DNA from: the human T2T-CHM13v2.0 reference genome, Homo sapiens
Assembly: GCF_009914755.1 (NCBI RefSeq)
Contig: NC_060938.1
Strand: one strand, 5' to 3'
DNA length: 64,000 bases
Shown here: in pieces, positions 1-12,200 of the stretch
Position numbering within the stretch: the stretch's first letter is position 1
Layout of the letters: every line of letters starts with the position of its first letter
Position numbers and translations under genes: made by a program
Notes under the pieces: generated by a model
What the model was told of the DNA's origin: nothing
The model's database searches: none
Seen by the model: the letters and a program-made list of their open reading frames with translations, nothing else

Positions 1-317
1 CTCCAGCAGCAGTGTTCTGTATTCCTATGTGAAGGACAAACATTCAGAATCCAGGAGCAGTGTTTTGAAATCATATGTTAAGGGCAAACATACCCTAGCA
101 TCACTGTTCTAGAATCATATGTGAGGGACAGACATTCAGACCCTCACAGCAGTGTTCTGGAATCCTAGATGGGGGACAAACATTCAGACCCCAGCAGCAG
201 GCTTCTGGAATCCTATGTGGGGGACAAACATTCAGACAATGGCAGCAGTGTTCTGGAATCCTACGTGAGGGACAAACACTCAGAGCCTTGTAGCAGTGTT
301 CTGGAATCCTATGTGAG
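1..317. repeat. CER-type 48-bp centromeric satellite, end of an array (~6.5 units)
   Basis: Tandem 48-bp unit GCAGTGTTCTGGAATCCTATGTGAGGGACAAACATTCAGACCCCAGCA, matching the recalled CER consensus; runs off the window start. Confidence 0.9.
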
Positions 318-669
318 TGAGAGTGCCTGGAGCCTACCCAACCTGACGCCCCCAAAGCCCTCACAGGGTCTGACCTCCCAGCATGCACCTGCCTCTCCCT
401 GAACCCCAACTGCCCACCCTGCCTGTTCCCTGGCCTCCTTCATCCTGTGCAGCCCATAGACTGTGACCATCTCTGCAGCCACTCTGGCTCTTCCTTTACC
501 TTTGTCCTTTCAGAATCTCTGAGCAGGATCTCCCAGGTCCATCCAAACACGTGCTTTGTCCACTTTTGACTAGGCCCTTGGGCATCACTGGGCTATCCCA
601 GCTGTCCACAGGGCCTTCAATAATGCACATTGCACCTGGCTTATCCAAGCAGTGCTCAGCAGCCCACAT

Positions 670-1550
670 TGACCAGGTCCCTGCTGACCAGACCCCACAC
701 ATCAGGTCCTCCCTGATGACACCCTCACTGATTAGACCCTCATGACCAGGCCCCACTAACAAGGCCCCCACTGCCGGGCACACAATGACAAGGACTCCAC
801 CGACCAGGACCTTACTGACAAGGCCTCACGGACCAAGTCCTTACTGACAAGTCCTCACTGAGTAGGTCATTATTGACAAGGCCTCACTGATCAGGTTCCA
901 CTGATCATGACCTCATTCCCTGGCCCCAAAGATGAGGCCCCACTGACCAGGCCTCCAGGGAACAGGTTGCCACTGATCAGGCCCCTAATAACCAGGCCTA
1001 AGGTCACCAGATGCCCCTGACTGGGACCCTAGTGAGTAGACCCCACTGAACTGGCACCAAATGCTGAGATCCCCGCTGACCAGGTCACCCTGTAGACCGG
1101 TGCTACAAAAGTCACCACTGACCAAGTCCTCTCTGACTAGGACACTACAGATTAGGTCCCACTGACAAGGCTGCCCTGACCAGGGCCCCACTGACAAGGG
1201 CCTCACTGATGAGGACACGCCCACCAGGGTCTGCTGACTAGGTTCCATGTGCCCAGTCCTCCACTGAATAGCACCCCTTGACCTGGTCACCAGTGCCCCA
1301 GCCCATGCTGACCAGGCCAGCACTAAGCCCCAGCTGACCAGGTCTCCACTGATCAAGCCCCACAGCCCAGGTTTGCACTGACCAGACACCAAACAACTGG
1401 CAGCCAATAGGTCCCCACTCACCAAAACCCCCACTACTAGACCCCACTAATGAGACCCTCTCTAAGCAGACCTCTGCTGACCACGATCCCACTAAATAGT
1501 CCTCACTGACCTAGGTCCACTGACCAGGCCCACACTGATCAGGCCCCTCC
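670..1550. repeat. Degenerate minisatellite, core CC(C/T)CACTGACCAGG, ~14-17 bp units (array 1)
   Basis: Dozens of same-strand CACTGAC(C/A)AGG variants visible directly. Confidence 0.85.
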
Positions 1551-1569
1551 TAACCACGCCGGAAATCCA

Positions 1570-2704
1570 AGCGGCAATGACATGTTTCATATGGCAGAAG
1601 TTGGAACAAGACAGAGAGAGGAAAGAGGTTCCACAGCCTTTTAAACTACTAGATCTCATGAGAACTCACTCACTATCAGGAGGATGGCATTAAGGGCTTG
1701 GTGCTTTGCCATTTGTGAAGGATCCACTCCCACCCCTTTATGATTAAAACTTTTTCCACCTAGGCCCCGACTCTAACATTAGGGAGTGTACTTTCACATG
1801 AGTTTTGGAAGGGGCATAGAGAAAAACCGTATTATTCTGTCCCTGACCCCACAAATCTCATGTCCTTCTCACATTGCAAGATACAGTCATGCCTTGCCAG
1901 CAGTCTCCCAAAGTCTTAACTCATTTCAGCATTAACTCAAAGTTACAAAGTCCAAAGTCTCATCTGGGTCAAGGCTACATTCTCTTTTGCCTACGAGTCT
2001 CTGAAATAAAAAGCAAGTTCACTGCGTCTAAGGTACAATGATGGTACAGGCATTGTGTAAGCTTTCCATATCCAAAAGAGAGACATTTTCCAGAAAGCTT
2101 CTTATTTTTATCTGAGGCCCCCTCAGCCTGGCCTTCACTGTCCATGTTTTTGTCAGCATTCTTGTCACAGCCATTTAACCAGTCTCTAAGATGATCCAAA
2201 AATGTTCTCATCTGTCTGTCTTCTTTGGAGCCCTCCAAACTCTTCCAACCTCTACCCATTACCCAGTTCCGAAGTTGCTTCCACATTTTCAGGTATATTT
2301 ATAGCAATGCTCCAGTCCTCATTTGCCATTTTTGGTAAGATTTATCTTGAAAAAGAGGTTTAATTGGCTCATGGTTCTGCAGAGTGGACAGGAAGCTTAG
2401 TGCTTCTTCTTCTGGGGGGCCTCAGAAATCTTTCAATCATTGTGCAAGGTAATGAAAGAGTGAATTGTCTCACATGGCAAGAGGAAATCACGGAGAGTAG
2501 GGAGTGATATAGAGTTTTCAGTGGCCAGATCTCACGAGAAGTCACTCATGATTGTGAGGACAGTACCAAGGGGATGGTGCTGAACCACTCATGAGAAATT
2601 TGCCTTCATGATTCAATCACCTTATACCAGGATCCACCTCCAACATTAGGAAGCATAATTCAACATGAGATTTGGTGGGGACACATATTCGAATTGCCTC
2701 ATCA
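1570..2704 (-). mobile_element. MST-family (ERVL-MaLR) element: partial LTR, internally deleted int, LTR
   Basis: Reverse complement of MSTA/B LTR motifs (AGATCTCATGAGAACTCACTCACTATC; AAAGAGGTTTAATTGGCTCATGGTTCTGC) and of the MST-int terminus (CAAATCTCATGTCCTTCTCACATTGCAA...GTCTTAACTCAT). Confidence 0.85.
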
Positions 2705-3845
2705 GTCTTTGAGTATAAAGACATCCATAGCAGGCTTTATCCAGCCAGCTTCTTTGGGATTCTTTATAAGGTTTCAGATCTATAGGATATCCACTAAAAT
2801 ATTCCTACTTCAAAAGGCAATAAAGTAAGTGGTATTATCATTCTTCAAAAAGTTATAATGGTAGTGTAGGCATTCATAGTATGATTTAGTTCATTTGCTA
2901 CTGTTTCTATTCTATCACCATATTAACACTTCCCTACACAATTCTATATTCAGCTGGGTTTCAGTTGAGCACAAAGTCATCCTTGTACTACCACCGATAG
3001 CTGGCACCAGCTCTTTGATACTGTTATCATTCTGCTGTAGAAAGTACCCGTGAACTGGAAAAAGTCCACACTCGAATAGCTAGTCATTCAACACTATCAA
3101 ATTTTAGGTGACTTTTTGAAAAAATAGTATCTCTTGTTGAAAGAAATGCTCCATCTGTGATTTCAAGTCTCTCACTTGAGTGAATTGGATGGAAGTGGTG
3201 AATTTCAGCCAAAGTGGCCAAAGAAATCCTGTTCCTGTGATAATGACGCCATCAGCCTCTGCACCTCTGTCTTCCCTTCTGCCACATGTTGTCTGTTCTC
3301 CGTGACTTTGGTAAGAGCTTCCTTGTGTATGTGGATGATGTCCAGGATGTTTGTCTTGTGTCCCTGAGACAGCACTAACAGGTCCATGGCTGGGTCCAGG
3401 TCCTTCCTGGACTGACCGGCAAGGAGCTTACTGATGTTCTTGAAGGCATCTCTGGTGAAGTGGATGGCCTAGTCAACTTCCAAGGCCTGGCTGAGGCTGA
3501 AGAAAAACTGGCCACCTTCTGATGCTCTTTCTAAAAGCCTGTCACTGTCATCTGCTTGCTTGTCAACTCATTGGCTGTGAGGTTGAGCTGAGTGGCCTGT
3601 GTCCATCTTCTTTGGGAAGCATTTGAAGCCATCAATCTTGCTCTCCCACCCCTAAAGGTTGATGGTCACCACCTGGGGATGTGCTGAGGGTCAGAAAGAA
3701 GCCAGCACTCACTATCTCATCCTTCTCAGCCTTCCTCTTGCACTCTCTCCAGGCTGTCTCTTCAGTGCTGGTGGGATATATCAGAAAGTGATGGAAGATG
3801 TGGCACTGTGCCCTCACCCAGAAGCTGGCCATGTGGTTGGCTCCT
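2705..3845 (-). pseudogene. SNX18P: SNX18 processed pseudogene, copy 1 (PX C-terminus, BAR domain, start of 3'UTR)
   Basis: Translations [39 protein letters not shown] and [28 protein letters not shown] match recalled SNX18 [39 protein letters not shown] and [28 protein letters not shown]. No intron at the HVQK/GALT junction; frameshifts and stops present. Confidence 0.92.
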
Positions 3846-3869
3846 CCACCAGAATGGATGCTCTGGGTG

Positions 3870-6490
3870 CTCTTTGAGCCAGCTTGGCTTTGCCTAGCAT
3901 GCACAGGCTCCGGGTACCGAAATGTTGCTCTGAGTGAGCTTGTCCTGCCTTGGGCCAAATTCTGTTAGGCCAGGGCCACAAAAGGCCGAGTCCCACGGGT
4001 GGTAATCCTGGCTGCTTTCTGCACTTCCACATAAAGACCTCCTGAAGATGGCCTGTGGTCTACCTCTTTGCAACCAAGAAGCCCGCAGTGCCATATGAAT
4101 CCTCAGGCATGGACTGGAGCCCCCGAGGAAGCACACACCCTGCTCCTGAGCCTGCTGCTCATTTTCTCTGTGTGGCTCCATTTGTGTCACAGTTGTTGCA
4201 CAGACTTGTGCATGCTGGGCAAGGCCAAGCTGGCTCAAAAAGCAACCAGCCACCTCTGCAAGGTTGTGCCAGGAGCCGGTGGACCGGCCACCAACCTCAC
4301 TCACTGCTGGTCAGGTTACATCAGTTATTCTACCCTAGAGGTAGGGCCCCAGTGCCATATGCTTTTCCTCAGGCCTCTGCTCTATCAGTCATCAGGCGGC
4401 AACCACTCAGGCTGTGGGAACCTGGCCATCCCTCCTTCCTTGAGTAGCTGAGGTTGCTGGCTTGTCCGCCTACTACAGGCACAGCCTTGCAGATGTGGCT
4501 AGTTGCTCTGAGCCAGCTTGGCCTTTCCTGGCATGCCTAGGCCCCAGGTACTGACACTCTGCTCCGAGTCAGCTTGTCCTGCCTTGGGTCAAATTCTAAG
4601 TCTGGCCAGGGCCACAGAAGGCCCAGTCCCCTGGGTGCTAATCTTGGCTGCTTTCTGCACTTGAACATAAAGTCCTCCTCAAGAAAGCCTGTGGTCTGCC
4701 TGTTGGCGACCAAGAAACCTACAGTGCCATACGAGCCCTGAGGCATGGACTGGAGCCACAAAGGCAGTGCACGCCCCATTCCTGAGCCTGCTGATCATTT
4801 CCTCTATATGGCTCCATTTGTAGCACACTTGTTGCAGTGAGGCTTGTGCATGCCAGGCAAGGCCAAGCTGGCTCAAAGAGCAAGCAGCCACCTCTGCAAG
4901 GGTGTGCCAGGAGCAGATGGACCAGCTGCCAACCTCACTCACTGCCAGACGTGGTACATCAGTTCTTCTACCCTAAAGGTGGGGCCAAGAGGCAGACCAC
5001 AGGCCATCTTGAGGAGGACTTTATGTTCAAGTGCAGAAAGCAGGCAGGATTACCACCCTGGGTACTCGCCCTTCTGTGGCCCGCAGTGCCATATGAGCCA
5101 TGAGGCATGGACTAGTGCCATCTGCTTTATACAAAAAATAACTTAAGATTGATTAAAGAGTTAAATATGCCACCTGCTTTTCCTCAGGCCTCTGCTCCAT
5201 CAGGCATCAGGTGGCAGCCACTCATGCTGTTGGAACCTCGCCATCCGTGCTTCCTTGAGCGGGTGAGGTTGCTGGCTTGTCCGCCTGCTACAGGCACAGC
5301 CTTGCAGAGGTGGCTGGTTGCTCTGAGCCAGCTTGGCCTTGCCTGGCATGCATAGGCCCCAGGTACTGACACTCTGCTCCGAGTCAGCTTGTCCTGCCTT
5401 GGGCCAAATTCTAAGTCTGGAGAGGACCACAGAAGGCAGAGTCCCCTGGATGGTAATCCTGACTACTTTCTGCACTTGAACATAAAGTCCTCCTCAAGAC
5501 AGCCTGTGGTCTGCAGCTAGGCAACCAAGAAACCCGCAGTGCCATAGGAACCATGAGGCATTGACTGGAGCCCCAAAGGCAGGGCACACCCTGTTTCTGA
5601 GCCTGCTGCTCGTTTCGTCTATGTGGCTCCGTTTGTTGCACAGTTATTACACTGAGGCTTGTGCATGCTGGGCAAACTCCAAGCCACTTAGAATTTGGTC
5701 CAAGGCAGAACAAGTTCACTGGGAGCAGCGTGTCAGTACCTGGGGCCTGTGCATGCCAGGCAAGGCCAAGCTGCCTTAAAGAGCAAACAGCCTCCTCTGC
5801 AAGGGTGTGCCAGGAGCCGGTGGACCCACCACCAACCTCACTCACTACCAGTCAGAGTACATCAGTTCTTCTACCCTAGAGGTAGGGCCCAACTGCCATC
5901 TGCTTTTCCTCAGGCCTCTGCTTGATCAGCCATCAGGCGGTGGCCACTCATGCTGTGGGAACCTGGCCATCCCTGCTTCCTTGTGTAGCTGAGGTTGCTG
6001 GCTGCTCCACCTCCTCCAGAAGCACCCTTGCAGTGGTAGCTGGTTGCTCTTTGAGCCAGCTTAGCCTTGCCTAGCATGTACAGGCCCCAGCTACTGACAC
6101 ACTACTCCGAGTGAGCTGGTCCTGCTTTGAGCCAAATTCTAAGTCTGGCCGGGGCCACAGAAGGCCGAGTCCCCTGGGTGGTAAACCTGGCTGCTTTCTG
6201 CCCTTGAACATAAAGTCCTCCTCGGCTGGTCTATGGTCTACCTCTTGGCAACCAAGAATCCTGCAGTCCCATACAAGCCCTGAGGCATGGACTGGAGCCC
6301 CAAAGGCAGTGCACACCCTGCTTCTGAGCTTGCTGCTCATTTCCTCTGTGGGGCTCCATTTTTAGGAAAGTTGTTGCATTGAGGCTTGTGTATGCCGGGC
6401 AAGGCCAAGCTGGCTCAAAAAGCAACCAGCCGCGTTTGCAAGGGTGTGCCTGAAGTGGTTGGACTAGCCATCAACGTTGCCCACTAAAGG
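3870..6490. repeat. ~635-bp complex tandem repeat (~4 units) with internal inverted arms, partly derived from SNX18 PX coding sequence
   Basis: GAGCCAGCTT(G/A)GC recurs at ~3876, 4510, 5324 and 6053; the unit encodes RQTTGHLEEDFMFKCRK, similar to SNX18 KQATGRFEEDFISKRRK. Confidence 0.85.
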
Positions 6491-6554
6491 AAGCAGGGAA
6501 TGCATGTTTGTACCATGCATTTCACTACAGGTCATTTCCCCTGAGGTTGGTGGC

Positions 6555-8161
6555 CTAGGTTTTCTTCTAGATTTTTTATGGTTTTAGGTCTTACTTCTAA
6601 CTCTTTCATCCATCTTACTTAATTTTTGTTTAAGGTGTATGGGTGTGGCCCAGTTTCAGTTTTCTGCATTTGGCTAGCCAGTTTTCCCAACACCATTTAT
6701 TAAATAGGGTATCCTTTCCCATTGCTTGTTTTTGTCAGGTTTGTCAAAGATCAGATGCTTTTAGATGTGTGGTGTCATTTCTGAGGGCTCTGTTCTGTTC
6801 CATTGGTCTATAGATCTGATTTGGTACCAGCCCCATGCTGTTTTGGTTACTGTAGCCTTGTAGAATAATTTGAAGTCAGGTACTGTGATGCCTCTAGCTT
6901 TGCTGTTTTTGCTTAGGATTGCCTTGGCTATGTGGGCTCTTTTTTGGTTCCATATGAAATTTAAAGTAGTTTTTCTAATTCTGTGAAGAAAGTAATGGTA
7001 GCTTGATGGGGACAGCAATGAGTCTATAAATTACTTTGGGTGGTATAGCAGTCAGGCACAGAAATGTCCTTGTGTTAGGCAATACCATTCAGGACATAGC
7101 CATGGGCAGAGTCTTCATCACTAGAACACCAAAAGCAATGGCTACAAAAACCAAAATTTACAAATGGGATCTAACTAAACTTAAGAGTATCTGCAGTGCA
7201 AAAGAAACTATTATCAGAGTGAACAGGCAACCCACAGAATGGGAGAACATTGTTGCAATCTATCCATCTGACAAAGGGCTAATATGCAGAATCTACAAAG
7301 AACAAATTTACAAGAAAAAAAAAACCATCAAAAAGTGAGCAAAGGGTATGAACAGACACTTACCAAAGAAGACATTTATACAGCCAACGAACATGTGAAG
7401 CAAAGCACATCATCACTGGTCATTAGAGAAATGGAAATCAAAACCACAATGAGATACAATCTCACACCACTTAGAATGGTCATCGTTAAAAAATCAGGAA
7501 AAAACAGATGCTAGAGAGGATGTGGAGAAATAGCAAAGCTTTTACACAGTTGGTGGGAATATAAATTACTTCAACCATTGTGGAAGACAGTGTGGCAATT
7601 CCTCAAGGATCTACAACTAGAAATATCATTTGACCCAGCAATCCCATTACTGGGTATATACCCCCAAAATTATAAATCATACTAATATAAAGACACATGA
7701 ACCTGTCTGTTTATGGCGGCACTGTTCACAACAGCAAAGACTTGGAACCAACCCAAATGCCCACCAATGATAGACTGGATAAAGAAAATGTGGCATATAT
7801 ACACCACGAAATACTATGCAGCCATAAAAAGGGATGAATTCACGTCATTTGCTGGGACATGAATGAAGCTGGAAACCATCATTTTCAGCTAACTAACAGA
7901 AGAACAGAAAACCAAACACCACATGTTCTCACTCATAACTGGGAGTTGAACAATGGGAACACATGGACACAGGAAGGGGAACATCACACACCAGGGCCTG
8001 TCAGGGTGGGGGGCTAGGAGAGGGATGGCATTAGGAGAAATAACTAATGTAGATCATGGGTTGATGGATGCAGCAAGCCGCCATGGCATGTGTATACCTA
8101 TGTAACCTGCATGTTCTGCACATGTACCCCAGAACTTAAAGTATAATTTAAAAAAAAAAAG
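6555..8161 (+). mobile_element. 5'-truncated, 5'-inverted L1PA (about L1PA6-8) with poly(A)
   Basis: 6555-7050 is antisense ORF2 ([35 protein letters not shown]); 7076-8161 is sense ORF2 end, 3'UTR and A tail. Confidence 0.92.
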
Positions 8162-9230
8162 AAATTTGCTTTTAATTAAGCTTTTAATCATAGAACTTGT
8201 GAAGAAAATCCTTTTGAATCTTTTATTACCACATCATAGCTGGGACAAACCGCTGACGCTTTAAAAGTAACATAAATATCAAACAGAAAGAACTAGACTT
8301 AGGAACCAAACTCAGGTTTCTGTAGTGAACAGGGCAGAATCTTCACACTGGGTCACCACCACTACTCCTTCAGTTTAGCCTTGGCTAGCAAAAGGGTGGC
8401 CTTGTTATGTAGATGAGACCACTTATGTAAAAAAAAAAAAGTTTTAAAAAATAATTTCTGCTAACTGGAATGTTTTTTGTTGTTGTTTATTTGTTTGTTT
8501 GTTTGTTTGCAGCCATAGGAGTTTTAGCCAATTCAGAGGCCTTGCTCCCCACAATTTGGAAAATTCCTTTGGATTTGACCAAGTCAGGAAGAGAAGGGAG
8601 AAAAGTGAAACAACAATAAAGCCCCAAGCATAAACAAACAAAAAGAGTTAAGCAAAACAACAAATGCACAATTCATATGATTACTGAGTGTTCTAATGGT
8701 AAGGAGAAACTAAAAGCAGAAATTAAAAGCAGCTGGTGAGTAATCTTAAATTTTAGTCATTAAGGACAAATTTTAAGACAAAACTCTAATTCAGCTACTC
8801 ACCTGGAAACAAGGCTCAGGCTGGTGATCGTTCTCTGCCATCTTAGAAGCTGAAAACAACTTACACTCACCTTCCCTGTCAGAAGCAAGCTGAAACTCAG
8901 GAAAGGAGGTGCCTGCTCTCCATCACCACAGAAGCAGGAAAACTTGCCTTCCTTGTTGGAAATGAGTAAAACTTCAGAAAAGGAGTTGTACAGAAAAATC
9001 AAACTTAGATCTCAACCAGATTTTGGGAGACCAGGGACTCTTTGCAGGGGAGAAGCTCCACAACCTCAGCAAATTATCCTGTTGGTTTGGGCAATAAAGA
9101 TAGCCCATGTTGGTATCAATCAATAACGAGATTTATCAAAGGTCAGGGCCACCTTTGTAATGACCTTCTCTGTCTTTTTTTATCTTTATTGGTATATACG
9201 TTTTGTCGAAACTGGGAGTGTAACACCTGA
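8162..9230 (-). mobile_element. Probable ERV1 (MER4-group) internal fragment
   Basis: Resembles the leader/internal region of non-autonomous ERV1 elements; family not resolved by eye. Confidence 0.4.
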
Positions 9231-12200
9231 TTTCTTCTGTTTTCCATTTGCTTGAAAGATTTTTCACCATTCCTTCATTTTGAGCCTATGTATGGCACTG
9301 CATGTGAGATGGGTTTCTTGGAGACAGCATACTCAAATGGGTCTTTGTTCTTTATCCAGCTTGCCCCCCTGTGTCTTTCAATCGGAGCATTTAGCCCATT
9401 TCCATTTAAGGTTAGTAATGGTATGTGTGGATTAGATCCTGTCGTCATGCTGTCAGCTAGTTATTTTGCAGACTTGTGTATGTGGTTGGTTTTTAGCATT
9501 ACTGGTCTGTGTACTTCGGTGCATTTTTGTAGTGGCTGGTGATGGTCTTTTCTTTCCATATTTAGTGCTTCATTCAGGAGCTCTTGTAAGGTAGATCTGG
9601 TGATAATGAATTCTCTCAGCATTTGCTTGTCTGAAAAGGATCTTGTTTCTCCTTCACTTATGATGCTTAATTTTGCTGGACATGAAATTCTGGGTTGAAA
9701 TTTCTTTTTCTTTTAACCATGTATAATAACACCATGTTATTATATGGTATATCTGTCTCTGCCATACTACGTGAAATTTCTTTTCTTTAAGAAGTTGAAT
9801 ATCTTTTCTGGCTTGTAGGGTTTCAGCTGAGAAGTCTGCTAAGTCTGATGGAATTCCCTTTGCAGGTGACGTTGCCTTTCTCCCTAGCTGCCTTTAACAG
9901 TGTTTCTTTCATTTTGACCTTGGAGAATCTGATGATTATATGTCTTGGGGATGATCTTCTCATGGCTTATCTTACTGAGGTTCTCTGGATTTCCTGAATT
10001 GGAATGTTGGCTTGTCTGGATAGGTTGGGGATATTCTCATGAATGATATTCTGAAGTATGTTTTCCAAGTTGGTTCCATTCTCCTCATCTCTTTCACGTA
10101 CACTAATCAGTCATAGATTTGGTCGTTTATATAATCTCATATTTCTTGGATGTTTTGTTCATTCATTTTCCTTCTTTTTTCCCCCATTCTTGTCTGCCTG
10201 TTTTATTTCAGAAAGCCAGTTTTCAAGCTCTGGGATTCTTTCCTCTGCTTGGTCTATTCTGCTGGGTGGTCTTGCACATGAGATGGAGCTGGTGTGACAG
10301 TCCTCCTTAGTCTGCTTGCCTCTCCCAGGACCCCAGCCTGGCCACACCTGCTTACAGGGCAATCTCAGGTGCCCACACACACTACAATAATTTTCATAAT
10401 GCAATCACACATAATCACTATGTGACTGCATTATGAAAATTCTTGTAGTGTGCTTTTCAGCTCTATTCGGTCGGTTATGTCTTCTTTATACTTGCTATTT
10501 TGTCTGTTAGCTCCTACAATGTGTTACAATGATTTTTAGCTCACTTGTATTGCATGACAACATACTTCTTTCACTCAGTGAACTTTGTTCCTACGCATAT
10601 CCTGAACCCTGCTTGTATCATTCCAGACAGCTCAGCCTCAGCCCAGTTCTGAACACTTGCTGGAGAGTTGATACAGTCATTTGGAGGAAAGAAAGCATGC
10701 TGACTTTTTGAGTTTTCAGTGTTCTCGCACAGATTCTTTCTCATCTTTATGGGCTTATCCACCTTCCATCTTCGAGGTTGCTGACCTTCGGACAGGGTAT
10801 TTTTGTTTTATTGTATTTGATGATCTTGAGGGTTTCATTGTGGGATAAGGTGGATTCAACCAACTGGCTTTGTTTTTGGAGGATTTTAGGGGGGCCAATG
10901 TGCAGCTTCCAATTCCTGGACTGTGTGCTTTAACTCTGGGGAACTTGTCTTGGGCCCCAACTTTGTTCTCTGGCTCTTGGAGGTTTGGAGTCCACTGCAC
11001 TGAGGGGACCAAAGTGTGGCAACTGTGGCAGAATGCTAGTGGATGCAAAAGTCCCTGCCTCCCTGCGGGCATTCACCCAGTGGTGGAGGCAAGACAGCTG
11101 GGGTGTGGGCCAGGGGTCCCCTGCTGTGTGTGTGTTGCACTGGAGGTAGTGTTGGTTCAGGGTGGGCTGCTGGCCAGTGCAGGCCATGGTGCCTTCTCTG
11201 TGCCCCTCAAAGCAACAGTGGTCACTCAGGGTATAAGAAGGTCCCTTTTTCTCTGCACAGAATTAGCTCAAGGGTTAGGTGCTGGCAGGGGTGGGGTTCT
11301 TGGTTCTGTGCCCACCAAGGCTCTGTCTTCAATGGCAGTTGGTGTGGGTTGGGGTGTGTCCTGCACTCCCCTGTGCTGTCAGGGCAAGTACAGCAAAACC
11401 CACATGTGTAAACACACACAGCAAAGTGATGTAGGAAGTTTCCATATAAAGGGCTGCAGTATGGAGACGTAATGTGCAGGCTGGTGCGTGGCTGTTGGGG
11501 CCACCTTGCTGCAGCTCTCCACTGATCAGGTACAGTCCACTAGCACGGAAGCTATGCTGTGGGCATCCGAGAGTGCCCTGTATGCAGGTGTGGCCAGGCT
11601 GGGGTCCTGGGAGAGGCAAGCAGACAAAGGAGTGCTGATATCAGACCAGCCCCATCTCATGTGCAAGACTGCCCAGCAGAGATCAGGTCTCAGAGGAGAA
11701 CTCTCTCAAAAGTGAACCCCCAGCACAGCATAGCTGCTTTACACAAACATGGCCAGGCTTCTTTTTTAAGCAAGTCCCCTTTTTGAGGAGGGGAACTCTG
11801 GGACCTGATCTCTGCTGGGCAATCTTGAACATGAGATGGGGCTGATCTGAACTTAGCATTCCTAAAGTGCTGGGATAAAGTATCTCACAAGGGCACGTGG
11901 AGCCTAGAGAGATAGGTGTCCCTGCTCTCTGGGCTCCACATCACCTGACTTGCTGCTCCACCACTCCGCTTGTCTCCTGGGTACTCCATCCCATAGAGAT
12001 GTGAGTTAGCAATCACTTAGAGTAATCAGCCCAGGATGGAGGGTCTGTGTTGTGAGGCCAAGCCAGTGTTCCCTCTCTGGTGATGAGCAGTGGGGGGTGT
12101 GTGGTACCCGTGGGAGATGGACTGGCTTGTTCATTGGGTCAACCGCAGCTTATTGGAGGTGTCAATATGGCACTTAGGGTCTTTGCTCCCTTGATATTCT

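Noticed and set aside
1-317. Regularly spaced repeats resembling a CRISPR array
   Set aside because: Contiguous 48-bp units without unique spacers in primate DNA; this is CER satellite.
3894-6425. Many overlapping 60-144 aa ORFs on both strands
   Set aside because: By-product of a GC-rich tandem and inverted repeat; frames are not conserved between units.
10870-11472. 200-aa ORF, the longest in the window
   Set aside because: Antisense to an L1 5'UTR, with no recognisable domain.
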